From the NCBI GenBank assembly GCA_045537695.1, contig JAZSQB010000046.1:40268-104267 (forward strand): a stretch of 64,000 bases of DNA, given 5' to 3'. Numbering within the stretch: position 1 is the first letter of the stretch; the number at the start of each line of letters is the position of its first letter. This DNA comes from Clostridia bacterium. Its GTDB lineage: Bacteria; Bacillota; Clostridia; UBA1381; UMGS1253. Both the position numbers and the translations under genes were made by a program. The notes beneath the pieces were generated by a model. That model had not been told where the DNA came from. It saw nothing but the letters and a program-made list of their open reading frames with translations, and did no database searches. Shown one piece after another: positions 50,507 through 59,732 of the stretch.

Positions 50507-51823
50507 TCAACCGATTTCGCAAACATCAAAATCCGCATCATCATCAATTATACCGTCTTCTACTTGCTTTTTCAAATCTTTTCTGCGATGCACACGAATC
50601 AGTTCCGGCTTTGCATTTTCCGTTACAACGTTTTCGTGGATAATGCATTTTCGGATAAAGTGATCCGACGGGACTTCAAACATAATATCAAGCATAATGT
50701 CTTCCACGATAGCACGAAGACCACGCGCGCCCGTATTCTTGTCGTGCGCCTTTTGTGCGATTGCACGCACGGCCGCCTCGTCAAATTCAAGCTCTACTTC
50801 ATCCAATTCCAAAAGCTTTTGATACTGTTTAATCAATGCATTTTTCGGCTCGGTCAGAATCTGCACCAATGCTTCCATATCCAAATTATCCAGCGTTGCC
50901 ACAACCGGCAAACGTCCGATAAATTCAGGAATCAAGCCAAATTTGAGCAAGTCTTGCGTTGTTATATGCTTAAGCGCCTTGCCGAGAGATTGATTATTTT
51001 TGCTCTCGACTTTCGCACCAAAACCGATAGCGTTTTTACCAAGACGATTGTTGATGATTGTATCAATTCCGTCAAATGCACCGCCGCAAATGAATAAAAT
51101 ATTAGAAGTATCAATCTGAATAAATTCCTGTTGCGGATGCTTGCGACCACCCTGCGGCGGCACAGAGGCAACGGTGCCCTCCAGGATTTTTAAAAGTGCC
51201 TGCTGTACACCTTCGCCGCTGACATCCCTTGTGATAGATGGATTTTCAGACTTTTTCGCAATTTTATCAATTTCATCGATATAAATAATACCGCGTTCCG
51301 CCAGTTCCACATCATTATTTGCCGCCTGAATCAAACGAAGCAAGATGTTCTCCACGTCTTCACCGACATAACCCGCTTCTGTTAAGGAAGTCGCATCTGC
51401 AATTGCAAAAGGAACTTCCAAAATTCGTGCCAACGTCTGCGCAAGGAATGTTTTACCGGAACCGGTAGGTCCGATTAACAAAATGTTGCTTTTCTGAATC
51501 TCGACGTCATCATCCTGCGTATTATTGCTCAAACGCTTATAGTGATTGTATACGGCTACTGCCATTGCTTTTTTTGCGTCATCCTGACCAATTACATACT
51601 GGTCTAAAATTTCTTTAATCGCCTTTGGCTTTAAGATATCGCTCATATCAAAGCTGGGCTCCACCTGAAAATCCCCATCTAAGACGCTTTGACAAAGCGC
51701 AACACACTCATTACAAATGTAGACACCCGGTCCGGCGACCAGGCGTCTAACTTCATCTTGTGTTTTGTCGCAAAAAGAGCATTTTAATTTTTTCGTATTT
51801 GTAGGTGTTTTGGAGTTCGACAT
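50507..51823 (-). CDS. clpX: ATP-dependent Clp protease ATP-binding subunit ClpX
   Basis: An N-terminal zinc ribbon (CSFCDK...CNEC), Walker A GPTGSGKT and IYIDEIDK. Confidence 0.96.
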   Translation of the reverse strand: MSNSKTPTNTKKLKCSFCDKTQDEVRRLVAGPGVYICNECVALCQSVLDGDFQVEPSFDMSDILKPKAIKEILDQYVIGQDDAKKAMAVAVYNHYKRLSNNTQDDDVEIQKSNILLIGPTGSGKTFLAQTLARILEVPFAIADATSLTEAGYVGEDVENILLRLIQAANNDVELAERGIIYIDEIDKIAKKSENPSITRDVSGEGVQQALLKILEGTVASVPPQGGRKHPQQEFIQIDTSNILFICGGAFDGIDTIINNRLGKNAIGFGAKVESKNNQSLGKALKHITTQDLLKFGLIPEFIGRLPVVATLDNLDMEALVQILTEPKNALIKQYQKLLELDEVELEFDEAAVRAIAQKAHDKNTGARGLRAIVEDIMLDIMFEVPSDHFIRKCIIHENVVTENAKPELIRVHRRKDLKKQVEDGIIDDDADFDVCEIG

Positions 51824-51852
51824 AATTTCACCTCATAAAATATACTGCTCGT

Positions 51853-52434
51853 TTATGCTTTATAAATCACTTCATCTATTAACCCGTAAGCTTTTGCTTC
51901 TTCCGCGGACATGAAATTGTCACGTTCCGTATCCGCCTGCACTTTTTCTAACGGCTGACCGGTTCTATCGCTTAAGATTTGATTTAACTTATCTTTCATC
52001 TTTAAAATGCGGTCTGCGTGAATTTTGATATCCGTCGCCTGACCCTGCATACCGCCAAGCGGCTGATGGATCATAATCTCACTGTTCGGCAACGCAAAAC
52101 GCTTACCCTTCTCTCCTGCAGCGAGCAAAAAAGCCCCCATGCTGGCTGCCATTCCGATGCAAATGGTAGACACATCACACTTAATATACTGCATCGTGTC
52201 ATAAATTGCCATACCGGCAGTAATAGAACCACCCGGGCTATTGATGTAGAATTGAATATCCTTATCCGGATCTTCACTTTCTAAAAACAAGAGCTGCGCG
52301 ACTACAAGGCTGGAAGTTACATCGTTAACTTCGTCGCCGAGAAAAATAATTCTCTCTTTCAGTAAGCGTGAAAAGATGTCATAGGCTCTTTCGCCACGGT
52401 TTGTCTGTTCAATAACGGTTGGTACTAAACTCAT
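51853..52434 (-). CDS. clpP: ATP-dependent Clp protease proteolytic subunit
   Basis: [21 protein letters not shown], the catalytic Ser in GMAASMGA and MIHQP. The start was chosen by N-terminal length comparison with B. subtilis ClpP; GTG 52440 is possible. Confidence 0.93.
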   Translation of the reverse strand: MSLVPTVIEQTNRGERAYDIFSRLLKERIIFLGDEVNDVTSSLVVAQLLFLESEDPDKDIQFYINSPGGSITAGMAIYDTMQYIKCDVSTICIGMAASMGAFLLAAGEKGKRFALPNSEIMIHQPLGGMQGQATDIKIHADRILKMKDKLNQILSDRTGQPLEKVQADTERDNFMSAEEAKAYGLIDEVIYKA

Positions 52435-52479
52435 ATTCACACATATCACTCCTGTCTGATTTATTTTAAAAACTTAAAC

Positions 52480-53946
52480 TTACTCTGCTTTTTCAGCAGC
52501 TTTCTTTGTGGTTGTCTTTTTTGCAGCCGGTTTCTTTGCAGTCGGCTTTTCCTCTGCATCAGCCTTCTTGGTTGCAGTCTTCTTAGCAGCCGGCTTCTTT
52601 TCTGCTGCTTTCTCTTCGGTATCAGCCTTTGCTGTTGTCTTTTTTGTTGCAGTCTTCTTAGCAGCCGACTTCGCTTCAACGATGGAGAGCAGGTACTCGA
52701 TTGTCTTATTTGTTACAACATCCTTCTTTAAATCTTCAGACTGGATGTATGTCTTAATCTGATCTACTTCCATCTTGTACTGCTCGGCGAGCTTTGCGTA
52801 TTCTGCTTCAACATCTGCATCAGCAGCTTCAATCTTCTGTTTCTTAGCAACAGCTTCGAGTGCCAGCATACCTTTTACCTGCTTTTCAGCCTGCTCTTTG
52901 AACTGACCTCTAAATGTTGCCATATCCATGCCGCTGAATTGCAGATACTTTTCTACATTCATGCCCTGGTAAGACAAACGCATTTCAAAGTCTCTTACCA
53001 TATCATCAATTCTGTTTTCATACATAACTTCCGGAATTTCAGCTTTCATCTTGGAAATTACGAAGTCAATTGCATTGTTTTCAAGCTCCTGCTTTTCACG
53101 CTGTGCTGCAGCTTCCTTGAGCTTCTTGTTGATATCGTCGCGCAGTTCCTTGATGGTTTCAAATTCGCTGACATCCTTAGCAAACTCATCATCCAGCTCG
53201 GGGAGTTCCTTTGCCTTGATTTCGTGTACCTTTACATTAAAGATGGCATCCTTGCCGGCTAAGTTCTCAGCATGGTACTCCTTCGGGAATGTTACTTTTA
53301 CTTCAACGTCCTCGCCCGGCTTCTTACCCACGAGCTGATCTTCAAAGCCAGGAATAAACTGACCGGAACCGAGTTCTAAGTTATGTCCTTCTGCCTTACC
53401 GCCGTCAAATGCAACGCCATCACAGAAACCTTCGTAATCAATTACAACCGTATCGCCGTTCTGGCTTGCACGATCTTCAACCGGTACGATACGTGCGTTC
53501 TGCTGGCGCATTCTTTCAATTTCAGCGTCAACATCTTTCTTCGCTACCGGATAAGACGGTGCTTCTACAGTGATTTTATCTAACTTGCCAAGTGTCACTT
53601 CCGGTTTAACAGTCACTTTAGCAGTTAAAATCAGGTTCTTGCCTTCTTCCGGGAATTGCTTTATATCTACTTCCGGACGGTCTACCGGTTCAACGCCGGC
53701 TTCAGCGATAGCATTTTCATATGCTTCCGGAAAAACAAAATTGATAGCATCATCATAGAATACTGCCGGAGAATACATCTTCTCAATAATCTTTCTCGGT
53801 GCCTTACCCTTTCTGAAGCCCGGGATGTTGAAGCTCTTTACATTCTTTATGTAAGCTTTCTGCATTGCAGCCTCAAACGCTTCTGCCGAAACCCCGAACT
53901 CAAGGTTTACAATGTTTTTCTCTGTTTTTTCTACCTTAACACTCAT
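52480..53946 (-). CDS. tig: Trigger factor with a C-terminal Lys/Ala/Thr-rich repeat extension
   Basis: The N-terminus carries the ribosome-binding motif GFRKGKAP, followed by an FKBP PPIase domain (VVIDYEGF...) and a C-terminal chaperone arm. An extra tail of about 65 aa of AAKKT[AT]TKK repeats follows. Confidence 0.93.
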   Translation of the reverse strand: MSVKVEKTEKNIVNLEFGVSAEAFEAAMQKAYIKNVKSFNIPGFRKGKAPRKIIEKMYSPAVFYDDAINFVFPEAYENAIAEAGVEPVDRPEVDIKQFPEEGKNLILTAKVTVKPEVTLGKLDKITVEAPSYPVAKKDVDAEIERMRQQNARIVPVEDRASQNGDTVVIDYEGFCDGVAFDGGKAEGHNLELGSGQFIPGFEDQLVGKKPGEDVEVKVTFPKEYHAENLAGKDAIFNVKVHEIKAKELPELDDEFAKDVSEFETIKELRDDINKKLKEAAAQREKQELENNAIDFVISKMKAEIPEVMYENRIDDMVRDFEMRLSYQGMNVEKYLQFSGMDMATFRGQFKEQAEKQVKGMLALEAVAKKQKIEAADADVEAEYAKLAEQYKMEVDQIKTYIQSEDLKKDVVTNKTIEYLLSIVEAKSAAKKTATKKTTAKADTEEKAAEKKPAAKKTATKKADAEEKPTAKKPAAKKTTTKKAAEKAE

Positions 53947-54021
53947 TCTTTACTTCCTCCAGCTTGACGAAAAAAGTTTTATTTTTCGTCTGAAAATTAT
54001 CAAACTTACAGACAATAACAT

Positions 54022-54049
54022 ATTATAACATATGTATAAAATTTTGCAA
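54022..54049 (-). promoter_or_regulatory. Sigma-A promoter of tig (extended -10)
   Basis: Read on the - strand: TTGCAA (54049-54044), a 16 nt spacer ending in TGT, then TATAAT (54027-54022). Confidence 0.6.
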
Positions 54050-54088
54050 GTGTTTTTGTTAAATTGTTCTAAAAAAGTTGATTTTTTC

Positions 54089-54793
54089 TTAATTTCGCAC
54101 CAAAATTGGGTCAAAATCGATGCAATTACAGGAAATTAAGCTAAAGTTCACCCCGTCTATTGTCTGTGTATGTGCATAAGATTGTGAAATGCTGTGCAAA
54201 TGACCGTAATATACATCTTGTACACCGTACTTTTGCATCAGTGTCAAAAAATTTTCATCCGGCTTGCCATTTAAGATCGGCGGATAATGCACAAAAAAAG
54301 CGATGTCTTCTATTTCCTGTTTGCGGGCCGCTTGCAACGACAGCTCTACCCTGCCCAGTTCACGCGTATATATTTTCATATCCTGCGCAGATAAATGCTC
54401 AAATGCTGGACTTTGCCAAAAACGCGTGCCGCAGATTGCGGTATTGTTGTGTTTAAATAAATTATTCTGCACGAAATGCATATCTGTATACCCATTTTCG
54501 CGTATAAAATTTTCCACTTTTGTAAGTGTGTCCCACCAATAATCATGATTGCCCTTTAAGAGCACCTTTATACCCGGCAAGGAATTTAAAAATGCGAAAT
54601 CCCGTCGCGCTTCTTCTAAATTGATTGCCCAGCAAAGATCGCCCGGCAACACAACGCAATCATCTGCGCTGACTTTTTTTCTCCAGCATTCCTCTAATTT
54701 TTCTACGTAGTTATCCCAAGATTTTCCGAACACATCCATCGGTTTGTCCACGCCGAATGGCAGATGTAAATCGGAAATTGCGTAAATCGCCAT
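54089..54793 (-). CDS. Metallophosphoesterase family protein
   Basis: ISDLHL, GDLCWA, GNHDYWW and GHLH calcineurin-like motifs. Confidence 0.85.
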   Translation of the reverse strand: MAIYAISDLHLPFGVDKPMDVFGKSWDNYVEKLEECWRKKVSADDCVVLPGDLCWAINLEEARRDFAFLNSLPGIKVLLKGNHDYWWDTLTKVENFIRENGYTDMHFVQNNLFKHNNTAICGTRFWQSPAFEHLSAQDMKIYTRELGRVELSLQAARKQEIEDIAFFVHYPPILNGKPDENFLTLMQKYGVQDVYYGHLHSISQSYAHTQTIDGVNFSLISCNCIDFDPILVRN

Positions 54794-54807
54794 GGTACAC
54801 CTCCGGC

Positions 54808-56250
54808 TTATTTTGAATACTTTTCTAGCAGTGCGTGTTTAATATCCCAGAGGGACTGCGAAAGGTCAACGTAATACTTATGCGGATTTTCAAAACGTTT
54901 TACCTCATCCCACAGCGCATCAACCTGCTCTTTACAGAAAGCCTTGATTTCATCCAATGGTTTTGATGTATATACGCACTTGCCTTTGTCGAAGATCTGT
55001 ACAAGTATCGGTCTTGCTTCGAAGTTTTCGACCTTTTTTCTTTTCCAGATATGTTCCGGATCAAAAATTTCGTAAGGTTTTGTATCATCAATTACTTCAT
55101 CGTGCAGTGTTAAAACGTCAGCGATTGCCTTCCCTGTTTCCTTAGAGAACAATCTATATACCTGTTTAAAGCACGGCGTAGTGATCTTGGCCACATTTTC
55201 GCTCAGTTTGATTTTCGGAATCGAATTGCCCTGCGCATCTTCCACGGCAACGATTTTGTATACGCCGCCAAATACCGGTTCAGAACGTGATGTAATCAGG
55301 CGTTCGCCCACGCCGAAAGAATCAATTTGTGCGCCTTGCATCAATGTATCGCGAATGATGTATTCGTCTAAAGAGTTGGATACTACGATGCCGCAATCCT
55401 CAAAGCCGGCCTCATCAAGCATTTTGCGCACTTTCTTGGTTAAATATGTGATATCGCCGCTATCAATACGCACGCCCTTCGGTCTGTAACCGTTCGGCAC
55501 AAGCACTTCGTTAAATACTTTGATTGCATTCGGCACACCGCTTTTTAAAACATTATACGTATCTACAAGCAATGTGCAGCTATCCGGATACGTTTGTGCA
55601 TACGCTTTAAACGCATCATATTCCGTATCAAAAAGCTGTACCCAGCTGTGTGCCATCGTGCCCAATGCCGGCACGCCATAATCGCGTTCTGAAATTGCAC
55701 AAGCTGTTCCGGCGCAACCGCCGATGTATGCCGCTCTTGCGCCCATAATTGCCGCATGATAGCCTTGCGCGCGTCTGGAACCGAATTCCATAACCGGTCG
55801 CCCCTCTGCCGCACGAACGATTCTGTTTGCCTTTGTTGCAATCAGACTCTGATGATTTACGGTAAGTAAAATCATCGTTTCAATAAACTGCGCTTGGAGA
55901 ATCGGTCCTTTGATGCTGACAATCGGTTCGCCAGGGAAAATCGGCATACCTTCCTCAATTGCCCATACGTCACACTCAAATTTAAAATTGCGTAAATATT
56001 CCAGAAAATCTTCATTGAAGATTTTCTTGCTGCGCAGATATGCGATATCGTCTTCATCGAAACGAAGCTGTTCAAAATAGGAAATCAACTGTTCTACGCC
56101 GACCATAATGGCATAACCGCCATCGTCCGGCACCTTGCGGTAAAACATATCAAAATATGCAATAGTATCCTTAAACCCGTGCATATAATAGCCGTTTGCC
56201 ATTGTAAATTCATAGAAATCGGTTAACATTGTTAAATTTAAATCTGTCAT
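54808..56250 (-). CDS. pncB: Nicotinate phosphoribosyltransferase
   Basis: 480 aa with TDFYEFTMANGY, EFGSRRAQG, GTMAHSW and RIDSGD motifs. Confidence 0.93.
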   Translation of the reverse strand: MTDLNLTMLTDFYEFTMANGYYMHGFKDTIAYFDMFYRKVPDDGGYAIMVGVEQLISYFEQLRFDEDDIAYLRSKKIFNEDFLEYLRNFKFECDVWAIEEGMPIFPGEPIVSIKGPILQAQFIETMILLTVNHQSLIATKANRIVRAAEGRPVMEFGSRRAQGYHAAIMGARAAYIGGCAGTACAISERDYGVPALGTMAHSWVQLFDTEYDAFKAYAQTYPDSCTLLVDTYNVLKSGVPNAIKVFNEVLVPNGYRPKGVRIDSGDITYLTKKVRKMLDEAGFEDCGIVVSNSLDEYIIRDTLMQGAQIDSFGVGERLITSRSEPVFGGVYKIVAVEDAQGNSIPKIKLSENVAKITTPCFKQVYRLFSKETGKAIADVLTLHDEVIDDTKPYEIFDPEHIWKRKKVENFEARPILVQIFDKGKCVYTSKPLDEIKAFCKEQVDALWDEVKRFENPHKYYVDLSQSLWDIKHALLEKYSK

Positions 56251-56273
56251 AATCCTTTACCACCTTTCATTCG

Positions 56274-58553
56274 TCAAATCTTTTTAAGATTTGCAAACAG
56301 CGCCATGAGATTTTTTCGCTCGCCACTGTCAAATAATATCTCTATCTTTTTATCATTGCCAAGCGGAATTACATTCATTACTTTTCCGCGGCCAAATTTT
56401 TTGTGCTTAACCAAATCACCGGCAGAAAAATCTGTTTCTGCTTTTTCAGTTGCACGCACATCAAAGCTTTTAAAGAGAGCGGATTTGCTTGCCGCGCCAA
56501 AAGTGGTTGTCGGCTTTGTTGCCGAAGTCTGTGCTGTTGGCGCTTTATAGCTTGTCCCCAAAGCGCTACCTACATAATCCGGCATAAAGTCTGTGTTACG
56601 AGCTTGTGAAATCTGCTTCCTCTCTCTTGCTTTTCTGCCCTCAAATGTCATCGTCAGTTCACTCGGAATTTCCGAAATAAATCTGGATGGCGGTGAATAC
56701 TTCGTTTGTCCGTATAGCATACGCGATGCCGCACAAGTTACAAACAGCTTCTGTTTTGCGCGTGTAATCGCCACATAACACAAACGACGTTCTTCCTCCA
56801 GTTCTTCATCTTCAAACATAGAACGCATACTCGGGAAAAGTCCTTCCTCTGTGCCGACAATAAAGACAATTGGGAACTCCAAACCCTTCGCTGCGTGAAT
56901 TGTCATTAGCGTAACTGTTGGTTGCTCTTCATCATAATTGTCAATATCCGAAACCAAAGAAATTTCCTCCAAAAATCCTTCTAACCCCGGCGTTTCGTGC
57001 TCCGTCTTTTCAAACTCTTTTACTGCACTGAACAATTCATCCAGGTTTTCAAGTCTTGTTTTGGCTTCAATGGTGTTTTCCGCTACCAGTGCACCACGGT
57101 AACCGCTTTTGATTAAAACATCTTCTACAAAATCCGCAATATCCGCATCCGTTTTTTGCATCTGCAAGCTTTGAATCAGCTTAGCGAACTGCTCAAATTT
57201 TGCAGCAGATCTGGAAAGCTCACTGTGCGTGGATGCCGCCTTGATTACATCAAATATGCCAACACCTTCACGCTGTGCAATTTGCTCTGCTTTTGCCATG
57301 CTTGTATCGCCTATGCCGCGCTTTGGCTCGTTGATAATACGCTTTAAGCTGACAGAATCGTTCGGATTCACAATTACGCGCAGATATGCAATTGCATCTT
57401 TGATTTCTTTACGGTCATAGAAACGCAGACCGGCAAGAACGCGATACGGCAAACCGTAGCGTAAAAGTGCATCTTCTATAACACGCGACTGCGCATTGGT
57501 TCTGTACAAGATAGAGAAGTCACGAAATGTGAAGTTCTGCTCAGAAACCATTCTGTCAATCTCACGGCAAACAAACTGCGCTTCATCGCGTTCGTCATCA
57601 CCATGATAGACTACAATTTCATCGCCGGTATTGCCGGCTGTCCACAAATCCTTACCTTTTCTCTTTCTGTTATGTGCAATTACGGCGTTGGCGGCATCTA
57701 GGATATTTTTTGTAGAACGGTAGTTTTGCTCTAATTTAATAACCTTTGCATCTGGAAACTGCTCTTCAAAGTCTAAAATGTTTCGAATGTTTGCACCGCG
57801 GAATTTATAAATACTTTGGTCATCATCGCCGACTACGCAGAGATTTCTGTGCTTCTTTGCCAACAAATAAATTAAACGGTACTGTGCATTATTGGTGTCC
57901 TGATACTCATCGACCATAATATACTTAAAGCGATGATGATAATACGCAAGCACATCCTCGTTTTCTTCGAACAAGCGAATTGTATTTACAATCAAATCGT
58001 CAAAATCCATTGCATTGTTCGCAAGCAATTTGCTTTGATACAGCTTATATACCGCTGCAATTTTGCTCATACGAAAATCAGACGCATACAAATCTTCAAA
58101 ACGCTTCGGATCTAACATATCATCCTTCGCGCGGCTGATTTCACCGTACAACACATTCGGTGTAAATATTTTATCATCAATATTTAATTCTTTTATACAT
58201 TCTTTTAAAAGCGTCTTTGTGTCCTGCGTATCGTAAATCACAAAGCTGCGCTCATAGCCTAATCTGTCGCAATCGCGTCTTAATATGCGCACGCAGAGCG
58301 AATGGAACGTAGATGCCCATATATCCTCGCCGCCTATCAGTTTTGCACTGATACGCGTTTTCATTTCTTTTGCGGCCTTATTCGTAAAAGTAATGGCTAA
58401 AATATTATACGGCGCAACGCCTTTATTTTCAATCATATGGGCAATACGGTTGACCAACACCGTGGTTTTGCCGCTGCCGGCGCCCGCCAAAATCAAAAGC
58501 GGTCCTTCTGTCGTTTGCACAGCAAGCTGCTGCGCTTCATTTAAATTACTCAT
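56274..58553 (-). CDS. pcrA: ATP-dependent DNA helicase PcrA (UvrD family)
   Basis: LNEAQQLAV, AGAGSGKT, VDEYQDTN, YRS and the TIHAAKGLEF helicase motifs, with a C-terminal Tudor-like tail. Confidence 0.95.
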   Translation of the reverse strand: MSNLNEAQQLAVQTTEGPLLILAGAGSGKTTVLVNRIAHMIENKGVAPYNILAITFTNKAAKEMKTRISAKLIGGEDIWASTFHSLCVRILRRDCDRLGYERSFVIYDTQDTKTLLKECIKELNIDDKIFTPNVLYGEISRAKDDMLDPKRFEDLYASDFRMSKIAAVYKLYQSKLLANNAMDFDDLIVNTIRLFEENEDVLAYYHHRFKYIMVDEYQDTNNAQYRLIYLLAKKHRNLCVVGDDDQSIYKFRGANIRNILDFEEQFPDAKVIKLEQNYRSTKNILDAANAVIAHNRKRKGKDLWTAGNTGDEIVVYHGDDERDEAQFVCREIDRMVSEQNFTFRDFSILYRTNAQSRVIEDALLRYGLPYRVLAGLRFYDRKEIKDAIAYLRVIVNPNDSVSLKRIINEPKRGIGDTSMAKAEQIAQREGVGIFDVIKAASTHSELSRSAAKFEQFAKLIQSLQMQKTDADIADFVEDVLIKSGYRGALVAENTIEAKTRLENLDELFSAVKEFEKTEHETPGLEGFLEEISLVSDIDNYDEEQPTVTLMTIHAAKGLEFPIVFIVGTEEGLFPSMRSMFEDEELEEERRLCYVAITRAKQKLFVTCAASRMLYGQTKYSPPSRFISEIPSELTMTFEGRKARERKQISQARNTDFMPDYVGSALGTSYKAPTAQTSATKPTTTFGAASKSALFKSFDVRATEKAETDFSAGDLVKHKKFGRGKVMNVIPLGNDKKIEILFDSGERKNLMALFANLKKI

Positions 58554-58556
58554 TTA

Positions 58557-59732
58557 CTATCTCCCCTTGATGAAACGATTGGTCAAGTAGAATATATATC
58601 CCACTGCTGTCATTGTTACAACAAAAACGCCAAGAAAAGCATAAATATTACCATTTAAAATAATTGGATATAAATTTGCATATCCAACCTTTCCAAGTAA
58701 AATCACAACAGAAAAGTACAGTGTTGCGATTCCCGACCAAATCAGCGGATCGTATCCGTAAATGCGGTTGTGCGTATCAAAGAACAGCCAATCTAACAGC
58801 AGAATTGCCGGCGCTACATAGTAAAGCGCAGTTTCTACTCTGCCGGGATTGTAATTGCCGCGCACATAAAAATGGTATACAACAAACGCCATAAATAATC
58901 CCAATGTAAAGAAGGTCTTAATTCTCGAAAACTTAGGTGCATTTTTTGCCGTTGCTTTAAAGTGCAGCACATTATAAATCAATATAGCTGCAATGCATAA
59001 ATAACTAAGGAAGTTTATAAACACCTCATAATAGCGCAAAGAAAAAATAAAGGTTTTTAAATTCATTCCCGAAAGTCGCGTAAATGCCCAAGCCTCTAAA
59101 AGTAAGAATAACACTTTGAGCAAAAGCGAAAATAAGGATTTTATATCCTTAAAAAAAGCACCGGAAAACAACCCGTCCAGAAGATATGCAAGTCCAGTCA
59201 ACAGCAATGTATTTAAAATCAATTCTTTCAGCGACTTATCTCTGGGCAATAACGCAAGGAAATCTAATGCATTCGGTAAGTGTAACAAATATTTTGCCGT
59301 GGCGTACAACGCCACCACAAGCAAAATCGCACACAAAAGCGCAAGAAGCATTTGCCATAACTTTAATTTACCATGCACATCAAAAAACAAATAATCTAAA
59401 AACATCATCAGCGGTAACAGTATGCTTAACACCCATCCGCTGTTCTCTACAGAAAATAGCATAGAAAAGTTTGCGGCAAGTGTTAAAATAGCAAGAAAAG
59501 TACAACAGTTTTTGAAAAACAACAGCGCTTTTCCTACGCCATATCGCATACTTCGCAAAAGCACCAGTAAAATACACAGCATACAAATCGTCGCAGAGAA
59601 CGTTGTAAAGCTTAAGAGCTTTACAGGCAATTCAGCCAGTCGAAAGGAAACCGACTCTAAAATTGCCCATACAGAAAATAGCACAAATGCCAAACGGTAT
59701 ATGATAGACAAATTCTTTTTCAAGTCATTCAC
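58557..59732 (-). CDS. Polytopic membrane protein of unknown function with an internal two-fold repeat
   Basis: 391 aa with about 12 hydrophobic segments. The motif P-x4-LD[YW]LFFD[VT]H occurs in both halves (LPLMMFLDYLFFDVH and APAILLLDWLFFDTH). The GTG start overlaps the metH stop (GTGA). Confidence 0.6.
   Translation of the reverse strand: MNDLKKNLSIIYRLAFVLFSVWAILESVSFRLAELPVKLLSFTTFSATICMLCILLVLLRSMRYGVGKALLFFKNCCTFLAILTLAANFSMLFSVENSGWVLSILLPLMMFLDYLFFDVHGKLKLWQMLLALLCAILLVVALYATAKYLLHLPNALDFLALLPRDKSLKELILNTLLLTGLAYLLDGLFSGAFFKDIKSLFSLLLKVLFLLLEAWAFTRLSGMNLKTFIFSLRYYEVFINFLSYLCIAAILIYNVLHFKATAKNAPKFSRIKTFFTLGLFMAFVVYHFYVRGNYNPGRVETALYYVAPAILLLDWLFFDTHNRIYGYDPLIWSGIATLYFSVVILLGKVGYANLYPIILNGNIYAFLGVFVVTMTAVGYIFYLTNRFIKGR

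Noticed and set aside
52480-52680. Repetitive DNA at the tig 3' end, considered as a non-coding tandem repeat or mini CRISPR-like array.
   Set aside because: The repeats are in frame with tig, encode a coherent K/A/T/E-rich peptide repeat, and have no spacer-repeat architecture. They are reported instead as a protein tail.
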